Shown here in pieces: positions 18,942 to 27,210 of a DNA stretch of 32,863 nucleotides. The notes below the pieces were generated by a model. The model saw nothing but the letters and a program-made list of their open reading frames with translations. It had not been told where the DNA came from and ran no database searches. Each line of letters opens with the position of its first letter. Within the stretch, counting starts at the first letter, position 1. The translations under genes were made by a program, and so were the position numbers. This DNA is from an uncultured Rhodoferax sp. (lineage in GTDB: Bacteria > Pseudomonadota > Gammaproteobacteria > Burkholderiales > Burkholderiaceae_C), in the NCBI GenBank assembly GCA_936943465.1, contig CAKZJN010000352.1, forward strand, positions 1-32,863. Direction: 5' to 3'.

Positions 18942-19952
18942 CTAGTACCACTCCTGCAAAGCTTGCGCATGCTGGGCCGCACGGGCCTGCTTGCCAGGCA
19001 ACCAGCGCGCATAGCCACAGGCCGCACGGGACAAAAAGTCGAGCAGCATCTGGTGCTGGCGCAGCACGCGCTGTTGCCGGTGCTCAATCAAGGGATTGAA
19101 AATGCCGTGCCGGGAAAACAGTTGGCGTGGGTTCTTCTTCACCCACAGCCAGGAGCCCATCTCCAGCGTCAGTGGCAGAAAGATGCGCTCGGGCTCCACG
19201 CTGGCCTGTAGGTACAGGTGGTCCCACAAATCTCCGTGGGCCAGGTATTGGCGGCTTTGCGGCTCCACCGTGTAGCGATGGTGGCTATTCGACTGACTGA
19301 AGATGCATTTGAGAGCATGCATCTCGGCCAGATGGGCAATCGGTGCCCGCGTATGGGCATACGGAAACCACAGACGATCCGACACGCCAAAGCCCGAATG
19401 GCAGTCCAGCGCCAGACTAAAGGGCCGGCTCAGCAACTCGGTCTGCACCACCTCGCACAAGGCCGCACTTTCCACTTGCAAAGGCGCTCCGGCCGGACCA
19501 CGGTACCAGGGCAGACTGCTGCTCCAGCGCTGCCCGCCCACCAAAAACGGCACAGGCTCCTGCGAGTCAACCGGTGCGTTGCGCATGAGGTCCACCCCAT
19601 TGGGGTTGGCGCGCGTACCCAGGCGCATACCGCCGGGATTCACCAGAGGCATAAACACCAGACGCACGGATTCGAGTTGCCGGTGCAGGGTGCTGTCCCA
19701 CTGCAAGCGCATGACCAGACTTTGCAGGTAAGCGATCACCACCTCGGCGCCAATGCGCTCCAGGCCGTGAACGCCACCGAAGTAACCCACCGCCGGGATA
19801 GAGGGGTCCGGGTTGCCCAGCGTAATGGCATGTACCGGATAGTTGCCTTCGGGTGAAGACACGACGCACACTTCGCGGCAATCCAGATTGCCAGCACCCA
19901 ACTCCACTATGCGGAGCAGCGCGGCGAGTTCAGGTAATTCGGAGGCTTGCAC
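18942..19952 (-). CDS. M14-family zinc carboxypeptidase/deacylase-like protein (cytoplasmic)
   Basis: GGVHGLE (HxxE), PLVNPGG, RANPNGVDLMRN, LDCHSG, LTLEMG; no signal peptide; GTG start. Confidence 0.88.
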   Translation of the reverse strand: MQASELPELAALLRIVELGAGNLDCREVCVVSSPEGNYPVHAITLGNPDPSIPAVGYFGGVHGLERIGAEVVIAYLQSLVMRLQWDSTLHRQLESVRLVFMPLVNPGGMRLGTRANPNGVDLMRNAPVDSQEPVPFLVGGQRWSSSLPWYRGPAGAPLQVESAALCEVVQTELLSRPFSLALDCHSGFGVSDRLWFPYAHTRAPIAHLAEMHALKCIFSQSNSHHRYTVEPQSRQYLAHGDLWDHLYLQASVEPERIFLPLTLEMGSWLWVKKNPRQLFSRHGIFNPLIEHRQQRVLRQHQMLLDFLSRAACGYARWLPGKQARAAQHAQALQEWY

Positions 19953-19958
19953 CAGATG

Positions 19959-20008
19959 AGCTTAGCGCCGCCGTGTGACAAATTTCTGTCACACAAGGGC
20001 TTTAAGGT
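19959..20008. promoter_or_regulatory. Divergent promoter pair built on a palindrome of two Pho half-sites
   Basis: GTGTGACA-aatttc-TGTCACAC (19973-19994). Minus: TTGTCAC-10 nt-TAAGCT-6 nt-GTG of M14. Plus: CTGTCAC-10 nt-TAAGGT. Confidence 0.65.
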
Positions 20009-20035
20009 CGCCCCAACTTTCTGAGGTTTTCATCT

Positions 20036-20179
20036 ATGTTTCATCGATTCAACCTGATTCGTGCGCTGGCCGTTCCAGCATGCCTTATTTGGGCTACGAC
20101 CGAGATGCTGGCGCTGCAAAGAGCCCGCTTTGCCCGACGCAGGGCGCAACCCCTTGCGCGCACCGTCAAGAATATTTAA
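20036..20179 (+). CDS. Small protein, 47 aa (hydrophobic N-half, Arg-rich C-half)
   Basis: MFHRFNLIRALAVPACLIWATTEMLALQRARFARRRAQPLARTVKNI*; TGAGG RBS at 20022-20026; below ORF-track cutoff. Confidence 0.6.
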   Translation: MFHRFNLIRALAVPACLIWATTEMLALQRARFARRRAQPLARTVKNI

Positions 20180-20218
20180 CCGGGGCGTCACGGAGTGGTC
20201 ACAGCCCTGACCTATCGT
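20163..20218 (+). promoter_or_regulatory. Pho box array and -10
   Basis: 11-bp periodic GTCAA(20165)/TTAAC(20176)/GTCAC(20187)/GTCAC(20198), then 10 nt, then TATCGT (20213-20218). Confidence 0.65.
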
Positions 20219-20252
20219 TGCGGCCATCGATCCACTTTCATAGGAGACCGCC

Positions 20253-20384
20253 ATGTTCTGGAAAATCTTCAGCCTGCAGCGAATGCTGGACTCCCTGTTC
20301 GATGAAGCCTGGTGCCAACTTGGGCTGCCGGATGTGCTTGAACGTCTGGAAAATCTGACCGAAGAAATCCCAAGCGTCGGCTAA
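20253..20384 (+). CDS. Small acidic protein, 43 aa
   Basis: MFWKIFSLQRMLDSLFDEAWCQLGLPDVLERLENLTEEIPSVG*; AGGAG RBS 6 nt upstream; below ORF-track cutoff. Confidence 0.62.
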   Translation: MFWKIFSLQRMLDSLFDEAWCQLGLPDVLERLENLTEEIPSVG

Positions 20385-20480
20385 GCGCAACACACCCATC
20401 CGAGTGATTTCGGGCTATGGCACCGGTAGCGGCGCCTCACCCGTTGCGTAAGGACAACCAGCAGGCCAACATTCAGTAAT

Positions 20481-20525
20481 TTGCAATTCTTTTGTCACAA
20501 ATCCTTCATTCAATTGAGCGACCAT
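20481..20525 (+). promoter_or_regulatory. Probable Pho box upstream of ppx
   Basis: TTGCAAT-tctt-TTGTCAC-aaat-CCTTCAT at 11-bp period, then 10 nt and a weak -10 (GACCAT). A separate extended -10 TGcTATGCT lies at 20588-20596. Confidence 0.55.
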
Positions 20526-20632
20526 TGCAGAATAACAATGCGTCCAGGATGCAGGATATGGCGCTCTGAGGAGTGCCAAACGCCCAGTGCTATGCTTCCC
20601 GATGCAGCAACAAGGCAACAGAAAACCACTTC

Positions 20633-22141
20633 ATGCATTCCGGAAATCGCCTCGCCGCCGTGGATTTGGGCTCCAACAGTTTTCGTCTGGAAATCGGGCG
20701 GATTGATCATGGCGAATTCCTCCGTACCGAGTACCTGAAAGAAACCGTCCGACAGGGCGGCGGGCTCGATGAAAACCGCAATCTGACCCCCCAAGCCATG
20801 CAGGCCGGCTGGGACTGTCTGGCACGTTTCGGCGAACGCCTGGCCGGCTTCAAGCCCGACGAAGTGCGCGCCGTGGCCACGCAGACCTTGCGCGAAGCCC
20901 GCAACCGCGACGAGTTTCTCGTTCGTGCCAACCAGATCCTGGGTTTCCCGATTGATGTCATTTCCGGTCGCGAAGAAGCTCGGCTGATTTACCAGGGTGT
21001 CGCACACATGCTCCCGTTGTCAGAAGAGCGTCGCCTGGTGATTGACATCGGCGGCCGCTCGACCGAGCTGATTTTGGGTCACGGCCGCACCCCTAAGAAA
21101 ATGGAATCGTTCCGGGTGGGCAGCATCGCCTGGTCCAAGCGTTATTTTCCCGATGGCCAGTTCACCCCCCGCGCATTTGAGATGGCGGAGGTCGCTGCCA
21201 CTGCCGTCATGGATGAAGCGTTTGAAGCCTATCACCCAGACAACTGGGATACGGCCTACGGCTCGGCCGGGACGGTCGGCGCCATTGGCGATGTGCTGGT
21301 CGCCGCGGGTTGGCCGTCCGGGCATATCACCCAAGAAGGGCTTGACTGGTTGCTGGACCGCTTGGTTTCTGTGCAAAGCGTGGACCGCTTGCGGTTGGCC
21401 GGCATGCGCGAGGACCGCAAAGCCATCATTGGTGGTGGCTTAAGTGTCATGCGCTCGGTGTTCCGGCTGTTAGGTATTGAAAGCATGGAAATGGCGTCCG
21501 GCGGTCTGCGCCACGGACTGATTTGTGACTTGCTGGGTGACACCGGATTTACCGGCGATTTGCGTATTAACAGTGTCAATCGGCTGGCCACCAAGTTTGG
21601 CATCGACACGATTCACGGGCAGCGCGTGGGAAGAGTGGCCTGCGCACTGTTTGCTCAGCTCCTGGACCCCCAACGCAAATCCAGCGAACACGGCAATGAA
21701 CGGTTGATGCGCAAATTGCGTTGGGCCGCCGAACTCCATGAAATTGGCAGCCATATCTCACACAGTGACTATCACAAGCACGGTGCCTACATTCTGGACA
21801 ACGCTGACGCCATGGGATTCTCGCTGTCGGAGTTGCATCGCTTAAGCCTCCTGGTGCTGGCGCACCGGGGCAAATTGCGCAAGGTTGAGGCAGCACTCAG
21901 CGACGAGTCCATGGTCTTCCAATTGCTGTGTCTGCGTCTGGCCGTGATTCTGTGCCATGCGCGCCGCGAACCGGACCTGGACGGATTGACTCTGGTGCGA
22001 TTGGACTCTGATGACGCTACGGTGCGTCTGAGCTGTCGTGCAGATTGGGCTGAAACCTATCCGCAGTCAGCGCACTTGCTACGGGAAGAAGTGCTCGCCT
22101 GGGACAAAACTCCCTGGAAGCTGGAACTCCAAGGGGTTTAA
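20633..22141 (+). CDS. ppx: Exopolyphosphatase (Ppx/GppA family)
   Basis: AAVDLGSNSF, VATQTLREARN, ISGREEARL, DIGGRSTE, LHEIG..ISHSDYHKHGAYI; start trimmed to ATG 20633. Confidence 0.95.
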   Translation: MHSGNRLAAVDLGSNSFRLEIGRIDHGEFLRTEYLKETVRQGGGLDENRNLTPQAMQAGWDCLARFGERLAGFKPDEVRAVATQTLREARNRDEFLVRANQILGFPIDVISGREEARLIYQGVAHMLPLSEERRLVIDIGGRSTELILGHGRTPKKMESFRVGSIAWSKRYFPDGQFTPRAFEMAEVAATAVMDEAFEAYHPDNWDTAYGSAGTVGAIGDVLVAAGWPSGHITQEGLDWLLDRLVSVQSVDRLRLAGMREDRKAIIGGGLSVMRSVFRLLGIESMEMASGGLRHGLICDLLGDTGFTGDLRINSVNRLATKFGIDTIHGQRVGRVACALFAQLLDPQRKSSEHGNERLMRKLRWAAELHEIGSHISHSDYHKHGAYILDNADAMGFSLSELHRLSLLVLAHRGKLRKVEAALSDESMVFQLLCLRLAVILCHARREPDLDGLTLVRLDSDDATVRLSCRADWAETYPQSAHLLREEVLAWDKTPWKLELQGV

Positions 22142-22356
22142 CAACGGGCCATCAGTTCCCAAAGGCCTTGGCACATGTTTTCGTTGCCCACCCACGACTC
22201 GATGCCCTGCAAGGGGCTGACCGAGCGACGCAGCGGTTTGCTGTCACGCGTTGGCTTGGTCCGTGCGGGTTGTGTCACATCCATCTTGAAGAAATCAGCA
22301 GTGCGCGCACGCAAGGCGCTGGAGATCGGACGGATGGCGCAGGGATTGGTGTTCAT
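22138..22356 (-). CDS. Small hypothetical protein, 72 aa
   Basis: MNTNPCAIRPISSALRARTADFFKMD...SWVGNENMCQGLWELMARC*; fills the ppx-regulator gap, stop overlaps the ppx stop (TTAA); preceded by a phased palindrome array. Confidence 0.5.
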   Translation of the reverse strand: MNTNPCAIRPISSALRARTADFFKMDVTQPARTKPTRDSKPLRRSVSPLQGIESWVGNENMCQGLWELMARC

Positions 22357-22390
22357 GGGCCAATCATCGCGTTGGACCATCAAATTGGGT

Positions 22391-22452
22391 ATCGGTTAAG
22401 TCTGATTTGGAACTCAGCAAAAACCGATTTAGGTAGGGCAATTCCTACCTAA
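22391..22452. promoter_or_regulatory. Three phased 4-6-4 palindromes, NarL/LuxR-type regulator site array
   Basis: TCGG-N6-CTGA (22392-22405), TCAG-N6-CCGA (22414-22427), TAGG-N6-CCTA (22434-22447, within perfect TTAGGTAGG-N6-CCTACCTAA). Confidence 0.55.
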
Positions 22453-22481
22453 CAAGCGCCCCCGACAACCGGCCGGTCCCG

Positions 22482-23114
22482 TCAGTCAAATAGCTGGTTG
22501 TCCATCGCATAACGCGTCAGTTCGGCCACGCTAGAGAGGTGCATCTTTTCCAGTAGCCGGGCTTTGTGGGTGCTGACCGTCTTGTTGCTGATATGCATCT
22601 GCTCGGCAATGTCGTTAACGCCCATGCCAAGAATCAGGCATTTGAATACCCCGAATTCACGCTCCGACAAGCTGATGTGCGGCAACTGCTCACCGGTGGT
22701 GGTTGCTTGAAGCGCCAGCTTTTGGGCCACTTCGGCCGAAATGAAGCGACCACCGGCCGCCACTTTGCGGATGGCGTTGAGCAGAACCTCTGGCTCACTG
22801 TCTTTGGTGACGTAACCGTTGGCACCTGCTTTCAAGGCCCGTGAGGCAATCTGGGCGGTGTCATGCATGCTTAAAACGAGAATCGCCTGCTGCGGCCAAT
22901 GGGACCTGACGCGGGCAATCAGATCGGCGCCGCTGAGGCCGGGCATATTGAGGTCGAGCAGAAGAATGTCACAGCGGGTTTGTCGCAAACAGTCCAACAC
23001 GCTGTCGCCATCCACCGCTTCGGCAATCACTTCCATGTCGGGCATGATGGCAAACATCTGCTTAAGCCCCGCACGCACGATGGCATGGTCTTCAGCTAAT
23101 ACGATGCGAATCAT
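22482..23114 (-). CDS. NarL/FixJ-family response regulator (REC + LuxR HTH)
   Basis: LAEDHAIVRAG, LLLDLNMPG, LSEREF, ISNKTVSTHKARL; overlaps the kinase stop (ATGA). Confidence 0.95.
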   Translation of the reverse strand: MIRIVLAEDHAIVRAGLKQMFAIMPDMEVIAEAVDGDSVLDCLRQTRCDILLLDLNMPGLSGADLIARVRSHWPQQAILVLSMHDTAQIASRALKAGANGYVTKDSEPEVLLNAIRKVAAGGRFISAEVAQKLALQATTTGEQLPHISLSEREFGVFKCLILGMGVNDIAEQMHISNKTVSTHKARLLEKMHLSSVAELTRYAMDNQLFD

Positions 23115-24577
23115 GCTGCGACTTCCAGCGCCGGGCGCTTCAATGGAACCTTGACTGCAATCGTGGTTCCCTGTCCTGGCCGACTCAGGATCAGCAAATC
23201 CCCTCCAAGCGTAAGCGCCCTTTCGCGCATGCCCAACAGCCCAAAGGTCTTCTTGATCATCACTTCACCGGCATCAAATCCACAGCCGTCATCTGCAATG
23301 CTCACGTCAATCTCTTTCGGTGTGAATGAGATCCGAATCCTGACGCTGCTGGCACTTGCGTAGCGGCTTACGTTGGTCAGCGACTCCTGAACAATGCGGT
23401 AAATCAGCATCGCCCGAGGCTCATCGATCGGGTCCGTTGAGCCCACACATTCCAGGCTGCAGTGCACCGCGTTGTGGCGCACGAACTCGTCCCGTAGCCA
23501 CTCCAAGGCCGGGACCAAGCCGAGATTCAAAGCCTCTGGTCGCAACACCGTGGCAATATTGCGCACCCCTTTGATGGCCCGGTCCACCAGTGCCTTCATG
23601 GCATCCACCTGAACGGCAAGCCCAGGAATTTGTGCACCGTACTGCATGGGCAGAAGGGACAAACTCATGCGCAACCCGGTCATGACTTGACCCAGCTCGT
23701 CGTGCACTTCCCGCGCGATCGTCTTGCGCTCATTCTCCCGTGCGGTCTCGTTACTGGCGGCGAACTCCCGCAAGCGCTCTTGAGAATCATTGAGCTTCTT
23801 CAGGTTCTCAATTTTGTCGGTCACATTGACCAGCACGACCGTGTGCAAGAGTCCGCGCTGGGTATCGAGGTTGCTGAACGTCGCTGCGCCCGGAAACAAG
23901 GTCCCGTCAGCGCGCACACACTGCAACTCGGGGTTGGCATCGATCCGGGCCTCACCAGGGTCGGAATGCAAGTGCGTGCTGGGCGTCTGCATAAAGCGCA
24001 GGCAATCGGGCAATAGCTGCGTAATGCGCCTACCCAGCAGGTCCCGGCGGTTGTAACCGAAATGGTGCTCGGCCTGGGCGTTGGTCTGAACAATGTTCAG
24101 TTGGTCATCGGTGATCAAGAACATGACCGGAGCAAACTCGATCACGTCCTTGAACATGCCTTCCAGACTGCGACGCTGGGAATAGGCAGCGATTTGTGTT
24201 TTGACCCGCGCCAGCAATACGCTGGGCCCGATGGGTTTGGTCACATAGTCGACGGCGCCCAGCGCAAAGCCCTGCTCTTCGTTCTCGCTCTCTGACATGG
24301 CGGTGAGAAAAATCACCGGAATCTCGCGGGTGCGGGGATCGGCCTTGAGCTGCGCGCAAACGGCGTAACCGTCCATCTCCGGCATCATGATGTCCAGCAG
24401 AATGAGATCTGGTGGCTGCTCCGACTGGGCAATTCGCAGGCCCTTGCGCCCACTGTTCACACTTTTCACCTGGTAGAGCGGACTCAACAGGCTGTGAATG
24501 ATGGTCAAGATCTCCGGCGTGTCATCGACCACCAGAACCAAGGGGATTGACGAAGTTTCGCTTGGCAATGGTGTCAT
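23111..24577 (-). CDS. Soluble hybrid sensor kinase REC-PAS-HisKA_3-HATPase
   Basis: VLVVDD/ILLDIMMP receiver, NAQAEHHFGY PAS, AREVHDELGQ H-box, QESLTNV, DDGCGF, FGLLGMRER; no TM segment. Start is ATG 24577 or TTG 24583. Confidence 0.92.
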   Translation of the reverse strand: MTPLPSETSSIPLVLVVDDTPEILTIIHSLLSPLYQVKSVNSGRKGLRIAQSEQPPDLILLDIMMPEMDGYAVCAQLKADPRTREIPVIFLTAMSESENEEQGFALGAVDYVTKPIGPSVLLARVKTQIAAYSQRRSLEGMFKDVIEFAPVMFLITDDQLNIVQTNAQAEHHFGYNRRDLLGRRITQLLPDCLRFMQTPSTHLHSDPGEARIDANPELQCVRADGTLFPGAATFSNLDTQRGLLHTVVLVNVTDKIENLKKLNDSQERLREFAASNETARENERKTIAREVHDELGQVMTGLRMSLSLLPMQYGAQIPGLAVQVDAMKALVDRAIKGVRNIATVLRPEALNLGLVPALEWLRDEFVRHNAVHCSLECVGSTDPIDEPRAMLIYRIVQESLTNVSRYASASSVRIRISFTPKEIDVSIADDGCGFDAGEVMIKKTFGLLGMRERALTLGGDLLILSRPGQGTTIAVKVPLKRPALEVAA

Positions 24578-24620
24578 CGCCAAAGCTTAACCTTAAACGA
24601 GCAATGCCACCATATGTGCG

Positions 24621-25082
24621 TTATAGGACATCCGGAGACTGTACCGCCACCACCACGGTCTGCGCGACTTCTTCGCGCTCGCGGTACCTCAGCCACCAGA
24701 CCGCACCCTTCTTGACGGCACATTCGGCAGCCTGCATGCCCAGCAAGCGCGACAGAACCTGTCCCAAGGTGGGTTGATGCCCTACCACCAGCACGCACCC
24801 TTTCGCATGCGGCCATTGCACCAGCTCCAACAATTGCTCGGGTGTTCCCAGGGGCGCCAGCGCCGCATTGAGTTTCACTTTGCGGCCCAGGAAATGCGCA
24901 GTCTGTTCGGCACGCACGGCAGGGCTGGAAAATACTTTGGCGCCATCGGGCATTTGGCGGTCAAGCCAGGCAGCCATGCGTGCGGCCTGCTTTTCACCGC
25001 GTGGCGTCAGGTAGCGCATCATGTCGTCGCCCACCAAATCCAGATCAATTGCCTCGGCGTGCCGCCACAGAATCAAGTCCAT
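24621..25082 (-). CDS. sixA: SixA-type phosphohistidine phosphatase
   Basis: LILWRHAEA, LTPRGEKQA, SSPAVRAEQTA, VVGHQP. Confidence 0.9.
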   Translation of the reverse strand: MDLILWRHAEAIDLDLVGDDMMRYLTPRGEKQAARMAAWLDRQMPDGAKVFSSPAVRAEQTAHFLGRKVKLNAALAPLGTPEQLLELVQWPHAKGCVLVVGHQPTLGQVLSRLLGMQAAECAVKKGAVWWLRYREREEVAQTVVVAVQSPDVL

Positions 25083-25097
25083 TGCACGATTCCCCTT

Positions 25098-27194
25098 TTA
25101 CTTGGCGCGAACGTCACGCCGATAGCGCGCCATCAGTGCGGCTTGTGCCCCAATGACCTTCTTGCGTGTGATCACTTTGGTGCGCGTGTACTCACCATCA
25201 GGCCCCAATTCCCAGGCATCCACACGGTCCGACAAGTACGCCAATAGGCACTCTTCAAGAATGCGTTGGCGCTGTACAGCATCGGTCACCGGCCAAGCCA
25301 GTTCGACGCGCCGAACCATGTTGCGATTCATCCAGTCGGCACTGGAGAGAATCATGTCCTCGGCATCGCGCTCTTGAAAATAGAACACACGGGAGTGTTC
25401 CAAGAAACGGCCAATCACGGAACGCACCCGGATGTTGTCGGTCTTGCCGGGAACCTGCGCCGGCAAGGTACACGCGCCGCGCACGATCAGGTCAATTTGC
25501 ACGCCCAGACTGCCGGCGCGCATCAGGCTCAGAACCAGCGCCTCGTCGGTCAGCGCGTTCATCTTGGCAATGATGCGACACGGAACACCCTTGGCGGCGC
25601 TATCACCCAACGCATCTATTTTCGCGATCAGTTTCTGTTGCAAATAGAACGGCGCCATCCACAACTTCTTTAGTGGGGGCAAGCGGCTCTGACTGGCCAA
25701 GTGCACAAACACGTGCTCCATGTCCGACGTCAGTGCGGTATCGGCGGTGATGTGGCTGATATCGGTATACAGCTTGGCGGTGCGGGGGTTGTAGTTGCCG
25801 GTGGATAGGTGTCCGTAACGCTTGAGCACACGCCCCTCGCGCCGGGTGATCAGCATCATCTTGGCGTGGGTCTTGAGTCCTACAACGCCGTAGAGAACCT
25901 GTGCGCCAATCGATTCCAGCATTTCAGCCCAGTTGATGTTGGCTTCTTCATCGAAACGCGCCTTGAGCTCCACCACCACGGTCACTTCCTTGCCGCGCCG
26001 GACTGCCTCACGCAACAGGTCCATGAGTTCCGAGTCTGCACCGGTGCGGTAAATGGTCTGCTTGATGGCCAGCACTTGCGGGTCGTGCACGGCCTCCCGC
26101 AGAAAATCCAGCACCCCGTCGAAACTCTCGAAAGGCTGGTGAATCAGAATATCGCCCTTTTTCAGTTGCTCAAAAAAGGACTGGCCTGGCGCAATCTGTT
26201 GTGGATAGGAACCCCGATAGGCTGGAAAACAGAGATCGGGGCGATCAAGCAGATCGATGGCCTGTGTCAGACGCACCAGATTCACCGGACCGGGCACGCG
26301 GTACAACGCCTGCTGCGGCAACTCAAATTGTTCCAGCAGCATGTTCGCCAAAAAGTCAGAGCAGCCCGCCGAAACTTCGAGTCGAACCGCCTGACCATAG
26401 TGGCGGTGCACCAGGCCCTGGCGCAAGGCCGTGCGCAGATTCTTCACATCCTCCTCGTCCACCGCGAGATCGGAATGCCGAGTCACGCGAAACTGCGAGA
26501 ACTGCTCCACCGTGCGCCCTGGAAACAAGTCCGTCAGATGGGCCCGAATGACACTCGACAAAGAAACGATCAGGTGCTTGGAGCCAGACTCTTTTGCAGG
26601 CATGCGAATCATGCGCGGCAACACCCGCGGCACTTTGACGATGGCAATTTCATTGGACCGCCCAAAGGCGTCTTTGCCACCCAATCGCACAATGAAATTC
26701 AGTGACTTGTTGGCAACCTGGGGAAACGGATGCGACGGATCAAGGCCCACCGGAATCAGCAGCGGCTTGACTTCCCGGTTGAAATACTGGCGTACCCAGG
26801 CGCGTTGCGACGCGGTGCGTTCGCCATGCGAGATGATCCGGATATGCTGCTTCTCAAAAGCGGGCAATAGTTGATCGTTGTACAGGTTGTACTGGCGCTC
26901 AACAAGCGCATGCACCGAGGCAGAAAGCCGATCGAAGGTCTCTACCGAGTACAAGCCTTTCGTGTCACCCGCCTGATAGGCAGCCAGATGCGGCTCGGCA
27001 CGCACCTCAAAAAACTCATCCAGATTGGAAGACACAATGCACAGATAGCGCAGTCGCTCCAGAAGCGGAACGTCTTCCCGTTCGGCCCAGTTCAGCACCC
27101 GCGCATTGAATGACAAAATGCTGTGGTCGCGATCCAGCAGGTCCGCCAGCACCCCCACCATCGAGCTTTTTGTAGTTTGAGTGGAACGCGACAT
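25098..27194 (-). CDS. ppk1: Polyphosphate kinase 1
   Basis: SSNLDEFFEVR, DPSHPFP, IKQTIYRT, ELKARFDEEAN, KTHAK (phospho-His), GRFLEHSR, SADWMNRN. Start trimmed to ATG 27194 because the ORF-track start overlaps the divergent gene. Confidence 0.97.
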   Translation of the reverse strand: MSRSTQTTKSSMVGVLADLLDRDHSILSFNARVLNWAEREDVPLLERLRYLCIVSSNLDEFFEVRAEPHLAAYQAGDTKGLYSVETFDRLSASVHALVERQYNLYNDQLLPAFEKQHIRIISHGERTASQRAWVRQYFNREVKPLLIPVGLDPSHPFPQVANKSLNFIVRLGGKDAFGRSNEIAIVKVPRVLPRMIRMPAKESGSKHLIVSLSSVIRAHLTDLFPGRTVEQFSQFRVTRHSDLAVDEEDVKNLRTALRQGLVHRHYGQAVRLEVSAGCSDFLANMLLEQFELPQQALYRVPGPVNLVRLTQAIDLLDRPDLCFPAYRGSYPQQIAPGQSFFEQLKKGDILIHQPFESFDGVLDFLREAVHDPQVLAIKQTIYRTGADSELMDLLREAVRRGKEVTVVVELKARFDEEANINWAEMLESIGAQVLYGVVGLKTHAKMMLITRREGRVLKRYGHLSTGNYNPRTAKLYTDISHITADTALTSDMEHVFVHLASQSRLPPLKKLWMAPFYLQQKLIAKIDALGDSAAKGVPCRIIAKMNALTDEALVLSLMRAGSLGVQIDLIVRGACTLPAQVPGKTDNIRVRSVIGRFLEHSRVFYFQERDAEDMILSSADWMNRNMVRRVELAWPVTDAVQRQRILEECLLAYLSDRVDAWELGPDGEYTRTKVITRKKVIGAQAALMARYRRDVRAK

Positions 27195-27210
27195 AGACCA
27201 AGCCCTGACA

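Noticed and set aside
19973-19994. TGTGA...TCACA as a CRP/FNR site
   Set aside because: Spacer is 10 nt rather than 6.
19975-20358. 127-aa + ORF and 74-aa - ORF from the track
   Set aside because: No RBS, they start within or cross promoter elements, and they overlap two better-supported small ORFs.
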